DNA of 64,000 nt, taken from Paragordius varius (Eukaryota; Animalia; Nematomorpha). Each line of letters begins with the position of its first letter. Position 1 is the first letter of the stretch. The stretch lies in contig OZ176050.1 of assembly GCA_964247055.1 (NCBI GenBank), positions 2,170,001 to 2,234,000 of the forward strand, read 5' to 3'. Shown in pieces: positions 12,823 through 34,914 of the stretch. The notes beneath the pieces were generated by a model. That model saw only the letters and a list, made by a program, of their open reading frames with translations. It was not told the origin of the DNA and searched no databases. The position numbers and the translations under genes are program-made.

Positions 12823-15800
12823 TTATGGCATTAATAAACGAGTATTTGTAATAAAGTAGGAATTGGTATTGCGTTCAACGTCATAAAAAATTTCGAGTGC
12901 CCCATGAAATATTGGATACGTATGTGATTGTGCTTTAAGTCGTTCGTTCCAAAATTCTATGACTTTATTGAGTTCTTTTATCAGCAAATAATATTTACCC
13001 TTGGTTAGGGCCAATGTAAAAATATTCGAATCACAAAGGTCAGGGAAAAAATTGAGGAAATCTGGACCCCATAGGGTGGCTGGTAAAGATATTTGATTAG
13101 CATCATGTAATATGAGTGTCATTGCAAACGTGTATTCCATTTTGCTTTGACAAATTGGGCAAATTAGTTTGGTTTCAGATTCAACACTACCAATAGTTAT
13201 ATCATGGTTAGCGTCTTGTAGAAAGTGACAATCCCAACAATGAAGTTGCATTAAATGACAACTTATATTTTGAGTAGTTATTTTGGAAACATTGGGTATA
13301 ATTGCTTTGATGCCACAACAAACATTGGCTGTTCCTAGACTAGGCAATTTATATGCTACATTCGTTTGAGTAAGGGAGGTAGGGAAGAGATTTTGTTTAT
13401 CCATGTGTGACATTAAATACTCTATTATCCGTTTTTGGTTTAAGGCGTGAAATTTTTTTAACGATAAAAAAGATGGATTGATTGAATCTGAATTTATGAG
13501 TGTAGTTAATAGTTCAATTTTTGCATTTTTTGAAGGTGTGGTTTTCGTTGCTGATACATAGTATTCTTTGCAACAGTCTGGAAGTGTAAGAGATAATGTA
13601 TTTGGATTCGAACCAGGTATTACATTTAAAATTTGAATATCGTCATCTTCTTGATAGCCTAAAAATTAAACATTAAATATACCATTTTTCATGCAAAAAC
13701 ATCATTTTTTCAACCAAATGCAACATTTTTTCAACCAAACTCAACATTTTTTCGAGCAAACGCAACATTTTTTCAACCAACGACAACATTTTTTCGAGCA
13801 AACGCAACATTTTTTCAAGCAAAGACAACAATTTTTCAAGCAAACGCATCATTTTTTTCATCCAAACGCAACAGTTTTTCAACCAACGACAACATTTTTT
13901 CAAGCAAAAACAACAATTTTTTTAAAATAAACCATTTTTTTTATTTTAAGACATATTAAATTTAAAGTTAGTGTAAATTAATTTTAGGGTATATTTATGA
14001 TTTTTATTGTTTTATCATCAATATTTGATGGTATGATTGATTTTCAAACATTTTAATTTAGCCCATAAATTGCATTATTTATTTATAAATATTTTTTTAT
14101 CAATTAATACAATTTGCGCTTTAAGACTCTCTTTAAAAATTTAAAGTTATCCTTCGCTTTAAATTCCTTACATTTTAGCAGTTTCCATACAACCGTTTTT
14201 TTTGTGTGTAATTATCTATTTTTTAAATTTAAACTAACATCTTTATTTATTAGTTTTTGAATCAAAATTAATATTTTCATAGTAAAACAACTTTGTTTGA
14301 AAATTTTCTTTAATTTATCAATATTATAAATTTATTATTGTTTTAAACTAAATATTACCATCAATAACCCACAAAACATAGATATTTTTTAATATTAATT
14401 TATAGAAATAATAAGGATATACGGTTATGAAAGAAATGTATTCACTTAAAGGTTTAGGTTAAATAAAAAAATAGGTTTAAATGATTGAATAATGAATATT
14501 TTATTGCCTCATTAATAAACGTTAGAATCAAAATTAAATATTGAAGATCAACTTGAAGTGTTCGAGGACTAAGTTTAAATGTAAAAGAACAATCTTGAAG
14601 CGCAGTATAACTTAAATTGTAAAAGAAAAAATAATTAATATAAATAAATAATGCAATTTATGGGCTAAATTAAAATGTTTGAAAATCAATCATACCATCA
14701 AATATTGATGATAAAACAATAAAAATCATACTACCCTAAAATTAATTTACACGAACTTTAAATTTAATAGTCTTAAAATAAAAAAAATGGTTTTTTATTT
14801 AAAAAAAATTGTTGTTTTTGCTTGAAAAAATGTTGTCGTTGGTTGAAAAAATGTTAAGTTTGGATAAAAAAATGTTGTCTTTGGTTAAAAAAATGTTGCG
14901 TTTGCTTGAAAAAATGTTGCGTTTGCTTGAAAAATTGTTGCCTTTGCTTGAATAAATGTTGCGTTTGCTCGAAAAAATGTTGTCTTTGCTTGAAAAAATG
15001 TTGCGTTTGCTTGAAAAAATGTTGAGTTTGGTTGAAAAAATGTTGCATTTGGTTGAAAAAATGATGTTTTTGCATGAAAAATGGTATATAATCATTAATA
15101 AATCCTTTTCATATACATTTAATGAAACATTAAAAAAGTCAAGTTTTTAAGCATAATTATATATGACTCAGTTAATCAAAGATTATCATACCAAAAAAAA
15201 CAAACATAATTTAATCAAAATTGTTACCGTTTTGTTTAGATGTCTCCGGATTGTGAACATTTCTAGATGAAGAAGGATTGGGTACTGAGATATTATTGTT
15301 AATCTTGTCGGAGGGTTGGTTTACTGACACGGTACCCTTATCGGATTTGAAAGGAAGATAGAGATTACAATATTTTGAGGAATAATATGAATTATCGGAT
15401 AATTCCATAGACATACCGGTATCTTGAGTGAGAGTTTGCTCATCATAAAGAATTTGAAATTCGGATAATTTTGTCGAAATTCGTTCATGTAAAGCTTGGT
15501 GAGATTCTGATGTTTGTTCCAGTAATTTAAGGCCTCGCTTGAAGTTTTTCCTTCCATTCCCATGGACAATAAACTCCAATTGGCTATCATTCTCATTCTT
15601 CTCAGGTAAAGTAATTCGTTTTATGTGAACATTTGTTATGGAAATATAATCTCCTAGTTGAAATAGCAAGAGATCTGGTACATGGTCATCATAAACGTAA
15701 ATGGGTAAAATATAATCCAGTACGATTGGCAGGTGAAACCATTTTGTCTCGAAATCTTGCACAAACTTAACGGTTGCTTCTTCGTTTGTGGAAAAAACTG

Positions 15801-16605
15801 GTGGTTTCAATCTATCGTTGTAAAAACGTAATAAATTATAAATATTTTATTAAGATGAGATATAGTTGCAAGCGAATGCGCTTATAACAAAATATCTTCT
15901 TAAATAATTATAAGTATTTTTGGAATATTATATTTATAAAAAGCCGTTTATTATGACTCTATCCTCTAATCTGAAAATGGCTTAATACAAGAGTTTTTAA
16001 GATAATGTTATCTACTTGTTTGTGTGTGATTTATGAGAGATGCCATCCCATACAAATATTAAAGCGCGGTCTTTATGAAAAACTACCTGGCCAATCAATT
16101 GAACATTGAGATCAATGTATGTTTTTAGGGTCGTTTGATCGGAGAGAGCACTATTTACAATTATATGAGGAGAGTGAGATCGGGATAAAGCCACCTGCGT
16201 ATTTTGCAAAAGTAAGATATGATTTTTGTCAACACTTGTTAATTCGGATGAACGTGGATAAGAAAATAAAATTTGTGGATTCAAAAGACTACCTGTAGAT
16301 TCGGCAATGACTAATAGGGAGAAACCTTTAAAACCAACTCCGCGCATTTCATCATTAAAGCTTTCAATTTTAATACGATGTAATCGTAAAATCTGTTGTA
16401 TTTCAAAATTAAATTTTATAGGCTTTTCAAAGAATAGATTGCAGAGTAGAGACGGTGAATCCGCCAAATAGTTTTCGGAAATACGTAAAGTAATATTTTT
16501 AAAAGGGTTTAGATCGTTATATGATTTAATCCAGGTGAGAATTCCGAATACATTAACTTTCCTGTTAATTTCAAAATCACAAAATTTTGTGTAAACAGTG
16601 ACCAT
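12823..16605 (-). CDS. POT1: Protection of telomeres protein 1
   Basis: Three exons (16605-16016, 15811-15228, 13659-12823) join in phase, about 670 aa. OB1: KVNVFGIL...LLCNLF...ILRLHRIKI. OB2: YIDLNVQLIG...IFVWDG, IYVYDDHV, LEFIVHG...KRGLKLL. C-terminal OB fold: LHCWDCHFLQ...CPIC...MEYTFAMTLILHD. Confidence 0.9.
13677..15089. mobile_element. Foldback-like element: long inverted arms with 21-bp tandem repeats, inside POT1 intron 2
   Basis: Arms about 13677-14095 and 14640-15089 are reverse complements. Each has ATATACCATTT termini followed by about 11 (left) or about 13 (right) copies of CAACATTTTTTCAAGCAAACG-like units. No coding capacity. Confidence 0.9.
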
Positions 16606-17936
16606 TTATGGCAACATATTACAATCAATCACAAGAAGTTTTGGGAATTAAAGACGCCGTCAGTTTAATCATAGGTACTGCTTGACAATTTTAGAGATTG
16701 GCATAGGCAATGTTTCAAATATAAAGAAATTTTTTGAAATTTTGAAAAACAAACAAACGAAAGCATGTTCCCCATATGATAACAAAACTGCCGTAAAAAT
16801 GCACAAACCAATATATATATATATATCTCTCTCTGATAAAATATACATATTATGATAGAAAAATGTAAAGGATTATCATGGTTTTGGTTTTTTCCCGAGT
16901 TATAATATATTTATTTTGTGATAACTGCTTTATATCAGAAGAGGAAAATTGTTTCACATTTGGTTGGATAATATTTTTTGGCCAAGGATAAATTTATTCC
17001 AAAAATATCACTTATGTATTTTAATTACATATAATATCAAAAATATAAATAAATATAATTTTATGTGGAGTTCGAAAGTCAAAAATCTTTTAGAGCTCCT
17101 AAAATAGGCCAGTGCTCGTAAATAGGCGTGAAATGCCAAGATTGCGTGATAAACATTTGAAAAACTGGAACTTTGACAGCCTCAGATAATATTTATAAAA
17201 ATTTAGTTTTTTTTATTGCATTTTATGATATATAGAGAAATTTTTGGAACAAACCATTTAGTTTCGACTAAATTTAATTTAATAATATGTGAGAAATTAC
17301 TTCTGATACGGAGTAACTACCACAAAACTGATTCCTCATATCACTGTATATATATTATCAGGATGTTTTTATATTAAACGATTGACCAATTAGCGCAATA
17401 GTGCAAAATATTTTCGCCAGAAGGCCCCAAACAAGGTACCATAAAAATCCTGAGACAATTATATATTTCATAAGGATTTTTATACTCCCAGCTTTTGTGT
17501 CAATATAGCATTAAAAAAACTATTTTGCACAATGCTGTGAAATCATTCGTATTCGTATTTTAAAGCATAAAGCTATATCAAAAATTTTTTTACGAATTAA
17601 ATACTCCCGAAACTTTACCCTTTGAGTTTTAGTCAAAAAATCCGTTATAATGTTTAATTAAATAAAAAAATTTTATGGTATATAAATTGTCAAAATACGA
17701 CGTTAATTTTATCCTGGATTAATCAAGGTGTATAAAAACTATAATATTGAAACATTACATATGCGTTTTATATGTATTTTTTTAAAAGGACATAATCATG
17801 TGAAAACTTCGGTTAAAAGCAATGCTTTTAGACTCAATTAAGGAGTATAGGAAAAATGCTGCGAAATTTTCTAGAGATGTAAAGATATCGTTTATTAATA
17901 AATACAATAATAATGAAGTAACATATTTATTTTTAG

Positions 17937-26883
<8,947 letters not shown>

Positions 26884-27669
26884 ATAATACGCCATATTAT
26901 TTATGCATTTTCATATAAACACTCTGTATTTTATATGATTTATATTAATATTGAAAATTGTAATTATTAATATTTTAATATTATATTATATCTGCACGCA
27001 TTTAATTAGACAAAATAATAAATTTAAATTTAATTAACAAATTTACTATACATTTTTTATTCATTTTTATCTCTTTTAATCCATCTAAAAAAGTAATAAA
27101 AATAATTATTAATTTTCATTATGTGTCGCATTAAAATGACAATAGATACATATATATACAATTGTCTCAGCAAAATGTTTTCTTCCAAGCGTTTAATTTT
27201 ACTGTTAACACAACACTCACTTCCTATTTAGTTTGAAATTGCTGAATTTTGTATTTTGGATTTTCCCTCTCTGAATCTTTTGCATGATGACAATAATAAT
27301 AAACTTTCATTTTCTAATTTATTCACAGTTTATTTATTGGGTGTGTTGCTGTTTGTAAAGTTGATAGATAATAATGACGAAGTTTTTTGTTTTGCGGTGA
27401 AACATTAGTTGCTGTAAATTATTTTGATAAATTTTGAAAAAAAAGTATCTTTTTTAACAGATATAACATATTTAATCCTTTTAATTTAACTAATATTTTT
27501 TAACGATCACAAATAATTAGTCCATATACTTATTTCATTGGGCGTTACAATTAATAAAATTTTATGATTTTTTTGACCTGTTCCTGACTACTTAATCATA
27601 CATATCCATACTACAAATAAATACATTAACACATCTCTTTCTCTCTATTATTAATAATAATCGAGAAAA

Positions 27670-30600
27670 ATGATATATCATAATTTGTATGGCTTTATTT
27701 CATCTTTTTTCATTGTTGTTGGATCATTTGTTAGTGTTAATTCAGGCATATATAGACAATCTGCGCCCTCTGGCAATGATCATCGAATACAATTCCGACC
27801 CTCTTCCCATAGCGACCTATTATCCCGGGCTCAAGTTACAGGGGCAATCGACAAGGCGGCCGCCCTTGTTGATGAGATGGAACCACAATTACGTGGAATT
27901 TTGAATTTAGGTAACAACACATAAAATTATATTCTATATATATTCACTACTACTTTGTAACTTTACTCTAAACCTTATCCCGTCTATCTATAACAATAAA
28001 ACAGATAATTCGGATGTTGTTCTAGTCTATGGTAAACCTATGATACTAAGGAAGTTTCGTTTGGGATTTATAGCTACGTTTGCTGGTCAACTATTAAAGG
28101 AACAATTACAGTATATTAAACCGTTATCAATATTATCCATTCAAAAATATTTTGAATTTATCAATTTTTTAGCGGACGTTTAAACAAATATGATTACGCC
28201 GATTACTTGAATTCATTCGATGTTTCGGGCACAGTTTTGGACAATGAATGTCCTTTTACTGAAGAATTGTACAAGGGTCGAGAATGTGATCCGTTCTATC
28301 GGGAAATTGATGCATTTTGCAACAATCTTAAGAATCCGATTTGGGGTTCAACTTTCAGTCCACCAAAACGGTTTCTGCCACCAGACTATGGTGACGGTAA
28401 GCTTTACGTAATAAATCTCTTTTATTTCTATAAGCTTTGTCATTCGACAAAAACATTATTTTAACGATCGTTATTAAATGTCCAAATAAGTAACTAATTT
28501 TGGATTTTATAGTTTAATTAACTTAGCATCTACCCATTCATTTTAAATTAGAGCATAAATATTAAAGGCAGTTTTTGTAGATCAATATCACTGCTAAACA
28601 AGGGTTTGCACCACCCCAATTTTTTTGCATTTTCTGATACCTAATGGCATGGAAAGGCCAAAACAAAAAAGAAAATTGAGGCCACCAATAGGATTTTTCC
28701 GAAATTTAATTTTTAAATTTGTATTTAATATAAAAATAACAATCATTCCTCGTGTACATATGTTTAAATATTCAAACGAACAAGTCAAAACAAGTAATAT
28801 TCCATGCATGAATAACAAAATTCTAGGCATTAAATAAGATACTAAACAAGCTAAGAGCCAAAGTATTAAAAATCTAAAAGGGGCTTATGTATAGTGTGAT
28901 AGATCCGGGCGGCTGCACAAGCTCTGCATATCCCCCAAGCGATCCAATTATGCCAGATATGGCAAAGATAACAATAAGTAATCGTAAAGCCCGATAAGAG
29001 AGACTTGCAAGCAAAATCCAGGCCAATTTACATGTCAAATTAACCAATTCACAGAATAAAGTTAGATAAATTCTACAATTTAATTGAATAAAAAGATTAG
29101 GTAAATACAAATGGTCCAATTCCATAATAGTAAAATCTACTAAAAGTGGCTATAACATCCATCTGAAATTAAAAATACAAAACAACCAATAATTTTAAAA
29201 AATAAAGTATATCCACTAGGTATAAATAAAGGATTTTTTGTAAGAACCAACTCAAGAAAAAAAGCCTAATAAGTACTCGAAAGGACGGAAACTAACAAAA
29301 ATATAGCCTATCTAAAAGCGGAAGGTTTAAACCATAGAATGCCTTTTTTAGTATTTTTTAAAAAAATTTTTATACGTATTAAAAATTCACTTGAAAGAAA
29401 AAGACTAAATTTTGACGTTTAAGTCCGTACTATTTTTTTCTCTCTGATATTTAAATGACATATTTATATTCAAAAGATAGAGTTTAAAACGCTTTATTAA
29501 ATGATATTAAGTTTATAATATAATAACATTTTATTGTAAAGTTATATTAAATTTTCTCTCGATTTTCTCTTGTTTTTGAACAATTGAAAAACCTATAATA
29601 TTTTAAAATTCTTATTGGCGGGATCAAAAATTTTATCACATTTGGTTTTAAAACACTGAAATTAGTCATAATTTAAAAGATTGAGTAATGGTGCTCAAAA
29701 ATGTCCAAATTTGTCGACTAGTGTATTCGTTTTTGATAATTTTATCCGGTTACTAATAGGCTTTTATTAATTATGTTAATTTATCTGTCAAAATTGAGTT
29801 GCATTTTTTCGCATAAAGTAAAACATATAGATAATATTAATTTGTTGTTTTATAAAACTTTTTTGTTTGGACATTTTTTGTATTTCTATCTTTTTTCTAC
29901 CTCATTTTGTGGGGTAATAATGATGACAAAATAGCATAAGGCCCAATATTTATATTTAAAAATAATATAAAAAGCTTGTTTTTAAAAAAATAATAATTAA
30001 TTTTTCGTCATTTTAGAGGAGCAAGAAAAGCACATCGAATCATTAAAAAAGGCCCGATTATTTTTTTAACGGGTCCGGTTTTCTATTTTTATACCCTCTT
30101 TTTTAACGTACGATTATAGGACTAAATAGTTTAAGATTATCGGTTAAAGGCGAATATCTCCCAGATACAAGGTTGGTGAGTACAACTGTTTTGAAGACGC
30201 GCGTGATTCAAGATCCTATTTGGACGAACGCTTTCATGTCTTTCGGCCAATTCCTAGATCATGAAATAGCTTTGGCTTCTAGTCCATCGGGTTTATCATA
30301 AGTTTTAATCTTTATAGGAGACAAATTTGGGGGTGTATCCTGTTGTGGTCGAGATAAAGATCATCCCATTTGCATGCCAATCAGTATTCCTACCAATGAT
30401 TATTTTTACAGTCGATGGAATCAAACATGTTTGGATGTTGTGAGATCGGCCCCTTCTATCGATAGAGATTGTAAATTAGGTATGGAAAATCCTTTTTTTA
30501 TTCATACATATATAGGTGCACGACAACATAAAAATGAGGTGACTTCTTATATTGATGCTTCGCCCGTGTATGGCAATACTGCAGCAGCTCGTGATGCCGT

Positions 30601-32439
30601 TAGATTGTTTCAGGGAGGTTTGTAATTTAGTTATTTTTTACAATTTTGTTAGGTCTATTACGGACTCAGGTTAACCGTTATAACCCTGCAAACAAACCAC
30701 TGCTTCCAAAAGAAATTGTACCATCCGCAGGCCCATGTGCTAATAAAACTGAAGAATTTAGATGTTTCCAAGCCGGTAATAATCAATCAATTAAATTTGT
30801 TTATTCTGATTTTAGGTGACGAAAGAGCTAATCAAAATTCTATGTTGCTTTCGTTCCATCATGTATTTTTACGAGAACACAATCAGATTGTAACTGAACT
30901 TGCCAAACTCAATCCTCATTGGGATGATGAAAAATTGTAAGAAATGTTTTTTCCATTTTAACTTTTAGATTTTTGGAGGGCCGAAGGATCATTGGAGCTT
31001 ATATGCAACATATCGTGTATAATGAATACCTGCCTATCGTTTTGGGACCATACAATATCAAAAAGTTTAAACTAGGTTTGCAAAATACCGGCTATTTTAC
31101 CGGTTACGATGAAGATATCGATGCTAGTATTGAACAAGGCTTTACTGTATCAGCATTTAGATTTGGGCACAGTTTGATTCAGTAAGTCAATTTATGAAAC
31201 TAACATTACATTTATGGATACGCTTAACAGTATTACAATGGTAAATATATATTTTTAAACTTTATTTTCCATTATCTTTAGTCCCTTCATTTTTCGAATG
31301 ACTGCGGATCGGCAACGTTATTCTCCTCTTAATCTGAGACAAGACTTTTTCCGTCCCGAAAATATCTATATTGAATATTTTCCAAAGGGCCTAGATCCGA
31401 TTATAAGAGGTTTATCTCAACAACACAACATGTTAATGGATAACAACTTTGCTGAAGATGTCAAAAACCATTTGTTTGAACCAGATCATCTCCCTTTCGG
31501 TTATTATACATTTTTCATTCATATTTGAATATAGCATTAAAAATCAGAATTTGAGGTATTTCAAAATTCAAAATTTGGAAAAAAATTTAAATTTAAGTTT
31601 TGTGTTAATATTAGACTGTTAAATTTTACGATTTATTGGATGTAACAACGTTAATGGTAGTTTCACAAGAATATTAAGTGGCAGAATTTATGTTCAACAT
31701 TTATCTAATTTATTTTTTATTACGGAATATTAAGAAATGTAATAGGGCAAGGGTACAATTATCCAATTTTATTAAATAACGTCAGTGTGTGTTTTGGTCA
31801 ATCTAAAATTTAAGCAATTTTTTTGTAATTTTACCGTAGGATTGGATCTTCCAGCCATTAACACTAAACGTGGACGGGACCACGGGATCCCAGGTTACAA
31901 TGAATGGCGAGAATTTTGTGGTTTCCCTCGTTTTCACAGTTTTGAGGAGATGGAATCTGAAATGTATGAAGGCGTACCTACTAATTTAGCCAAAGTTTAT
32001 GAACATCCAGACGATGTGGATCTGTTTGTAGGAGGGGTCAGTGAGGTTCCTGTCGATGGGGCAGTCGCTCCCCCCACCATGGCTTGTGTCATTGGACTCC
32101 AATTTCATAATCTCAGGTATGGTGATAGATTCTGGTATGAAAATCTTCCCAAACCCGGTATCATAGACTACCCTTTCACACCAGGTAACATATAGTCGTG
32201 TTAATATAATGTGTTTTAGAACAACTCCAGGAAATACGGAAAGTTTTGTTGAGTAAAATTGTTTGTGAGAATGCGGATTACGTTCCTTCCATACAAAAAC
32301 AAATGTTGAAAATGCCCAGTTTAAAGTATTTTTTTGTGCATTTATACACAATTTTAGCAATCCTTTCGTGCTGTGCGATAATTTGCCCAAAGTTGATTTA
32401 TCGGTTTGGAAGGAAGCTCCTACTGCATACTATGGATAG
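27670..32439 (+). CDS. Secreted animal heme peroxidase (chorion peroxidase/peroxinectin-like)
   Basis: Hydrophobic N-terminus at 27670, then [17 protein letters not shown], distal [27 protein letters not shown]...[17 protein letters not shown], proximal [34 protein letters not shown] and GDRFWYE. Ends [16 protein letters not shown] with TAG at 32437-32439. Multiple 27-40 nt introns. Confidence 0.95.
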
Positions 32440-32526
32440 AAAGAAATGCATTCATTATTCATCATCACTCAATGATAATACGACATTTACCAAAAAAGAT
32501 TTACAATAATTCTTAAATAAATAATA

Positions 32527-32532
<6 letters not shown>

Positions 32533-32565
<33 letters not shown>
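32533..32565. repeat. (AT)n microsatellite
   Basis: About 16 AT units visible directly. Confidence 0.95.
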
Positions 32566-32568
<3 letters not shown>

Positions 32569-32749
32569 TATTTATTGATTAATTGTATAGTGTGGTATTA
32601 AAAATAGATACGGTAGATTTTTTATCAAGGTTAGACATAGTTTCTATTAAAAGGGTTGTCTTTAAATATTTGCTAAATAGTACCCCACATATTTTTGCGA
32701 TGGACATATAAGTTTGGGTATTACCTTCGTTTTTTCTCTTTCATATGAG

Positions 32750-34666
32750 ATGATGAAAACTTTAAACCTTGCGGGGATTAATTTATGCATTTATACTTTC
32801 CTTTACTTAATTAGAGACGAGATATTTTGTTTTCAAATAATTTGGAATTATCCCTCTGAACACTGCCAACATTCTAAACAATTGACAACATTTAAGATCA
32901 AATGTAATCATGAAAATCGGTGGCACGGTGATATGATAAACATTTTTTATCTTTCTTCCATGAAGTCTTGGCCTCACATTGTAACATATAATGAAAATTA
33001 CATTGAAAACTTTTTCGATCAAAATGACAACAATGGTTTGCTTGAGGCAATCAATGGAGGCATTCCCCCAAAAGGGGATTTAAAAATCCATTCAGATTCG
33101 ATAGCTGATTCTATCACGAAAATAATACCTAATAAACAATATAACGTAAATTTTTATTGTTAACAACCAAATATTAGGGATATGCAGTTTTAGATTTTGA
33201 GGAATACAGGCCCAATTGGGAAGACAATTTCGTACCATCATTTAAAATGTATCAAGTATTTCATCATTTTTATCCGTAAAATATTATTAGGGATTAGTTA
33301 AAACAGAATACGAAAATATGCAGTTTGATTCGTCCAGCAATCATTCGATTTCAGAGTTTTGGAACGTTCCGGCCAAAATGTTTTTTAGCAAAACCCTAAA
33401 AGTGGCTCACAAGCTAAGGCCTAAAGCCAAATGGGGTTATTATGGCTATCCCTGGGTAGGGAGGTTTACACAAATTATTTTTATTCTAAAAAATATAGAA
33501 ACGAAAAAACGACCGATATAGTGCGTAAAAGAAGCCTTAGAAATTATACATGGTTATATAATCAAAGCAGTGCCTTATTCCCCAGAGTATACCTAAATCG
33601 AAATGCAATCGTTAAAAGAAGAGAACGTCTAATCTTTGTTTATAAAAGTAAAAAGCTCCCTCTTAAATTTTTAAGTAAAATTTTGAGGGATCGGAACCGA
33701 AACCGTTTTTAATCCTATTCTGGATTCAGTGAATATTGGGTAAAAGATGGTTCTGGTTTGGTAGAATGCTCATTTCTGTTAAATTTATATTTCGTGAATA
33801 CTACTAAAATTAAAAAATTAAACCGTAAAAGGACATCAAAATGTATTCTCTAAAGAGTTAAAAAAATTCTCTTAAAATTTAAAATGAAAAAATATTAAAA
33901 ACAGGCCAGCTAATCAATATAAATTAATGACGAAATGCAATAGTATTAACCGTGAGCAGTCGTGGTGAAAAAGGTTCGTTTTGGGTTTTTGGCTTTTTGA
34001 ATCCACAAAGACAATTCCGATTTTAATCCCTGCTAATATAGACACAACAAAAAAATTTATTAAAAAAATAATGATAATGTTTATTTTACATATAATTATA
34101 GATATCGCCGAAGCTATGTATGTTAAAAATACGAACAATCATATTTTAGTTATGCCTTATGCCCGATATCAGTACGTTAATGAAAATTATCCAGCCTACG
34201 TGGATATTGACGAATTTAAACTGTTATTGAAAATGGCATTCGACTTGGGGACCGATGGAATCGTAAGTATTTGTCAAATCTTATTTTGTATTTCCACTTT
34301 TCATTTCAGATTCTTTGGGGATCATCGATGGATGTGAAAAATTGCGATTCTTTAAACAAGCAAATCGATGAAAATTTGGGGCCAGTTGCGCAACATCTCA
34401 CCAAATTCGCTAAAAGTTTCAATGTCCAATAAATAACCTTTTTAGGATGTAGCAAAACTCGGTGTAACGGAAAAGGATCATGTTTCCTTAATATTTTTAA
34501 TGTTGAAGATGTACAATTCGATGACCAAGTTATTAATAAGTATCTGGATGCCGACTCCGACGAATTTTGGAATAAAAAAATAAATTTCGATAATTATGTT
34601 TGCAAATGTCAAAAGTCCTGGGTGGGACCACAATGTCGCATAAAATCAAAGTTAAAACAACAATAA
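32750..34666 (+). CDS. Hyaluronidase / chondroitin hydrolase, glycoside hydrolase family 56
   Basis: Signal-like N-terminus, FQIIWNYPSEHC, INGGIP, catalytic AVLDFEEYRPNW (D-x-E), KWGYYGYP, WLYNQSSALFPRVYL, VMPYAR and DLGTDGI. C-terminal EGF-like CSKTRCNGKGSC...CKCQKSWVGPQC. Stop TAA at 34664-34666. Confidence 0.92.
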
Positions 34667-34914
34667 ATTATTTTTTAGTCAACAACATGAATTTACAGCA
34701 AACATTTCTATCAAATGGAAACTAATTGAAAACGGCGCCTCTATACAAATGACATATATTTAATATTTAAATGTTAATTTGATTATTAATAATTATTTAT
34801 ATAAATAAATATAATATTTGTGCAATTCATACTGAATAATTTCTTTTCCTTTCGTGTTCTTTGAACTTTTATGTGGCCTTAGGCGTTGTATTTTATGATT
34901 ATCTTACCATTTAA

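Noticed and set aside
13673-15150. Repetitive ORFs (QHFFKQT / LLEKMLR heptads) as coiled-coil or repeat proteins
   Set aside because: They are translations of the 21-bp DNA repeat in several frames on both strands, inside a POT1 intron.
31230-31239. Possible 10-nt micro-exon (AG-TATTACAATG-GT) in the peroxidase
   Set aside because: Including it shifts the frame; direct splicing gives the expected GHSLIHPFIFR.
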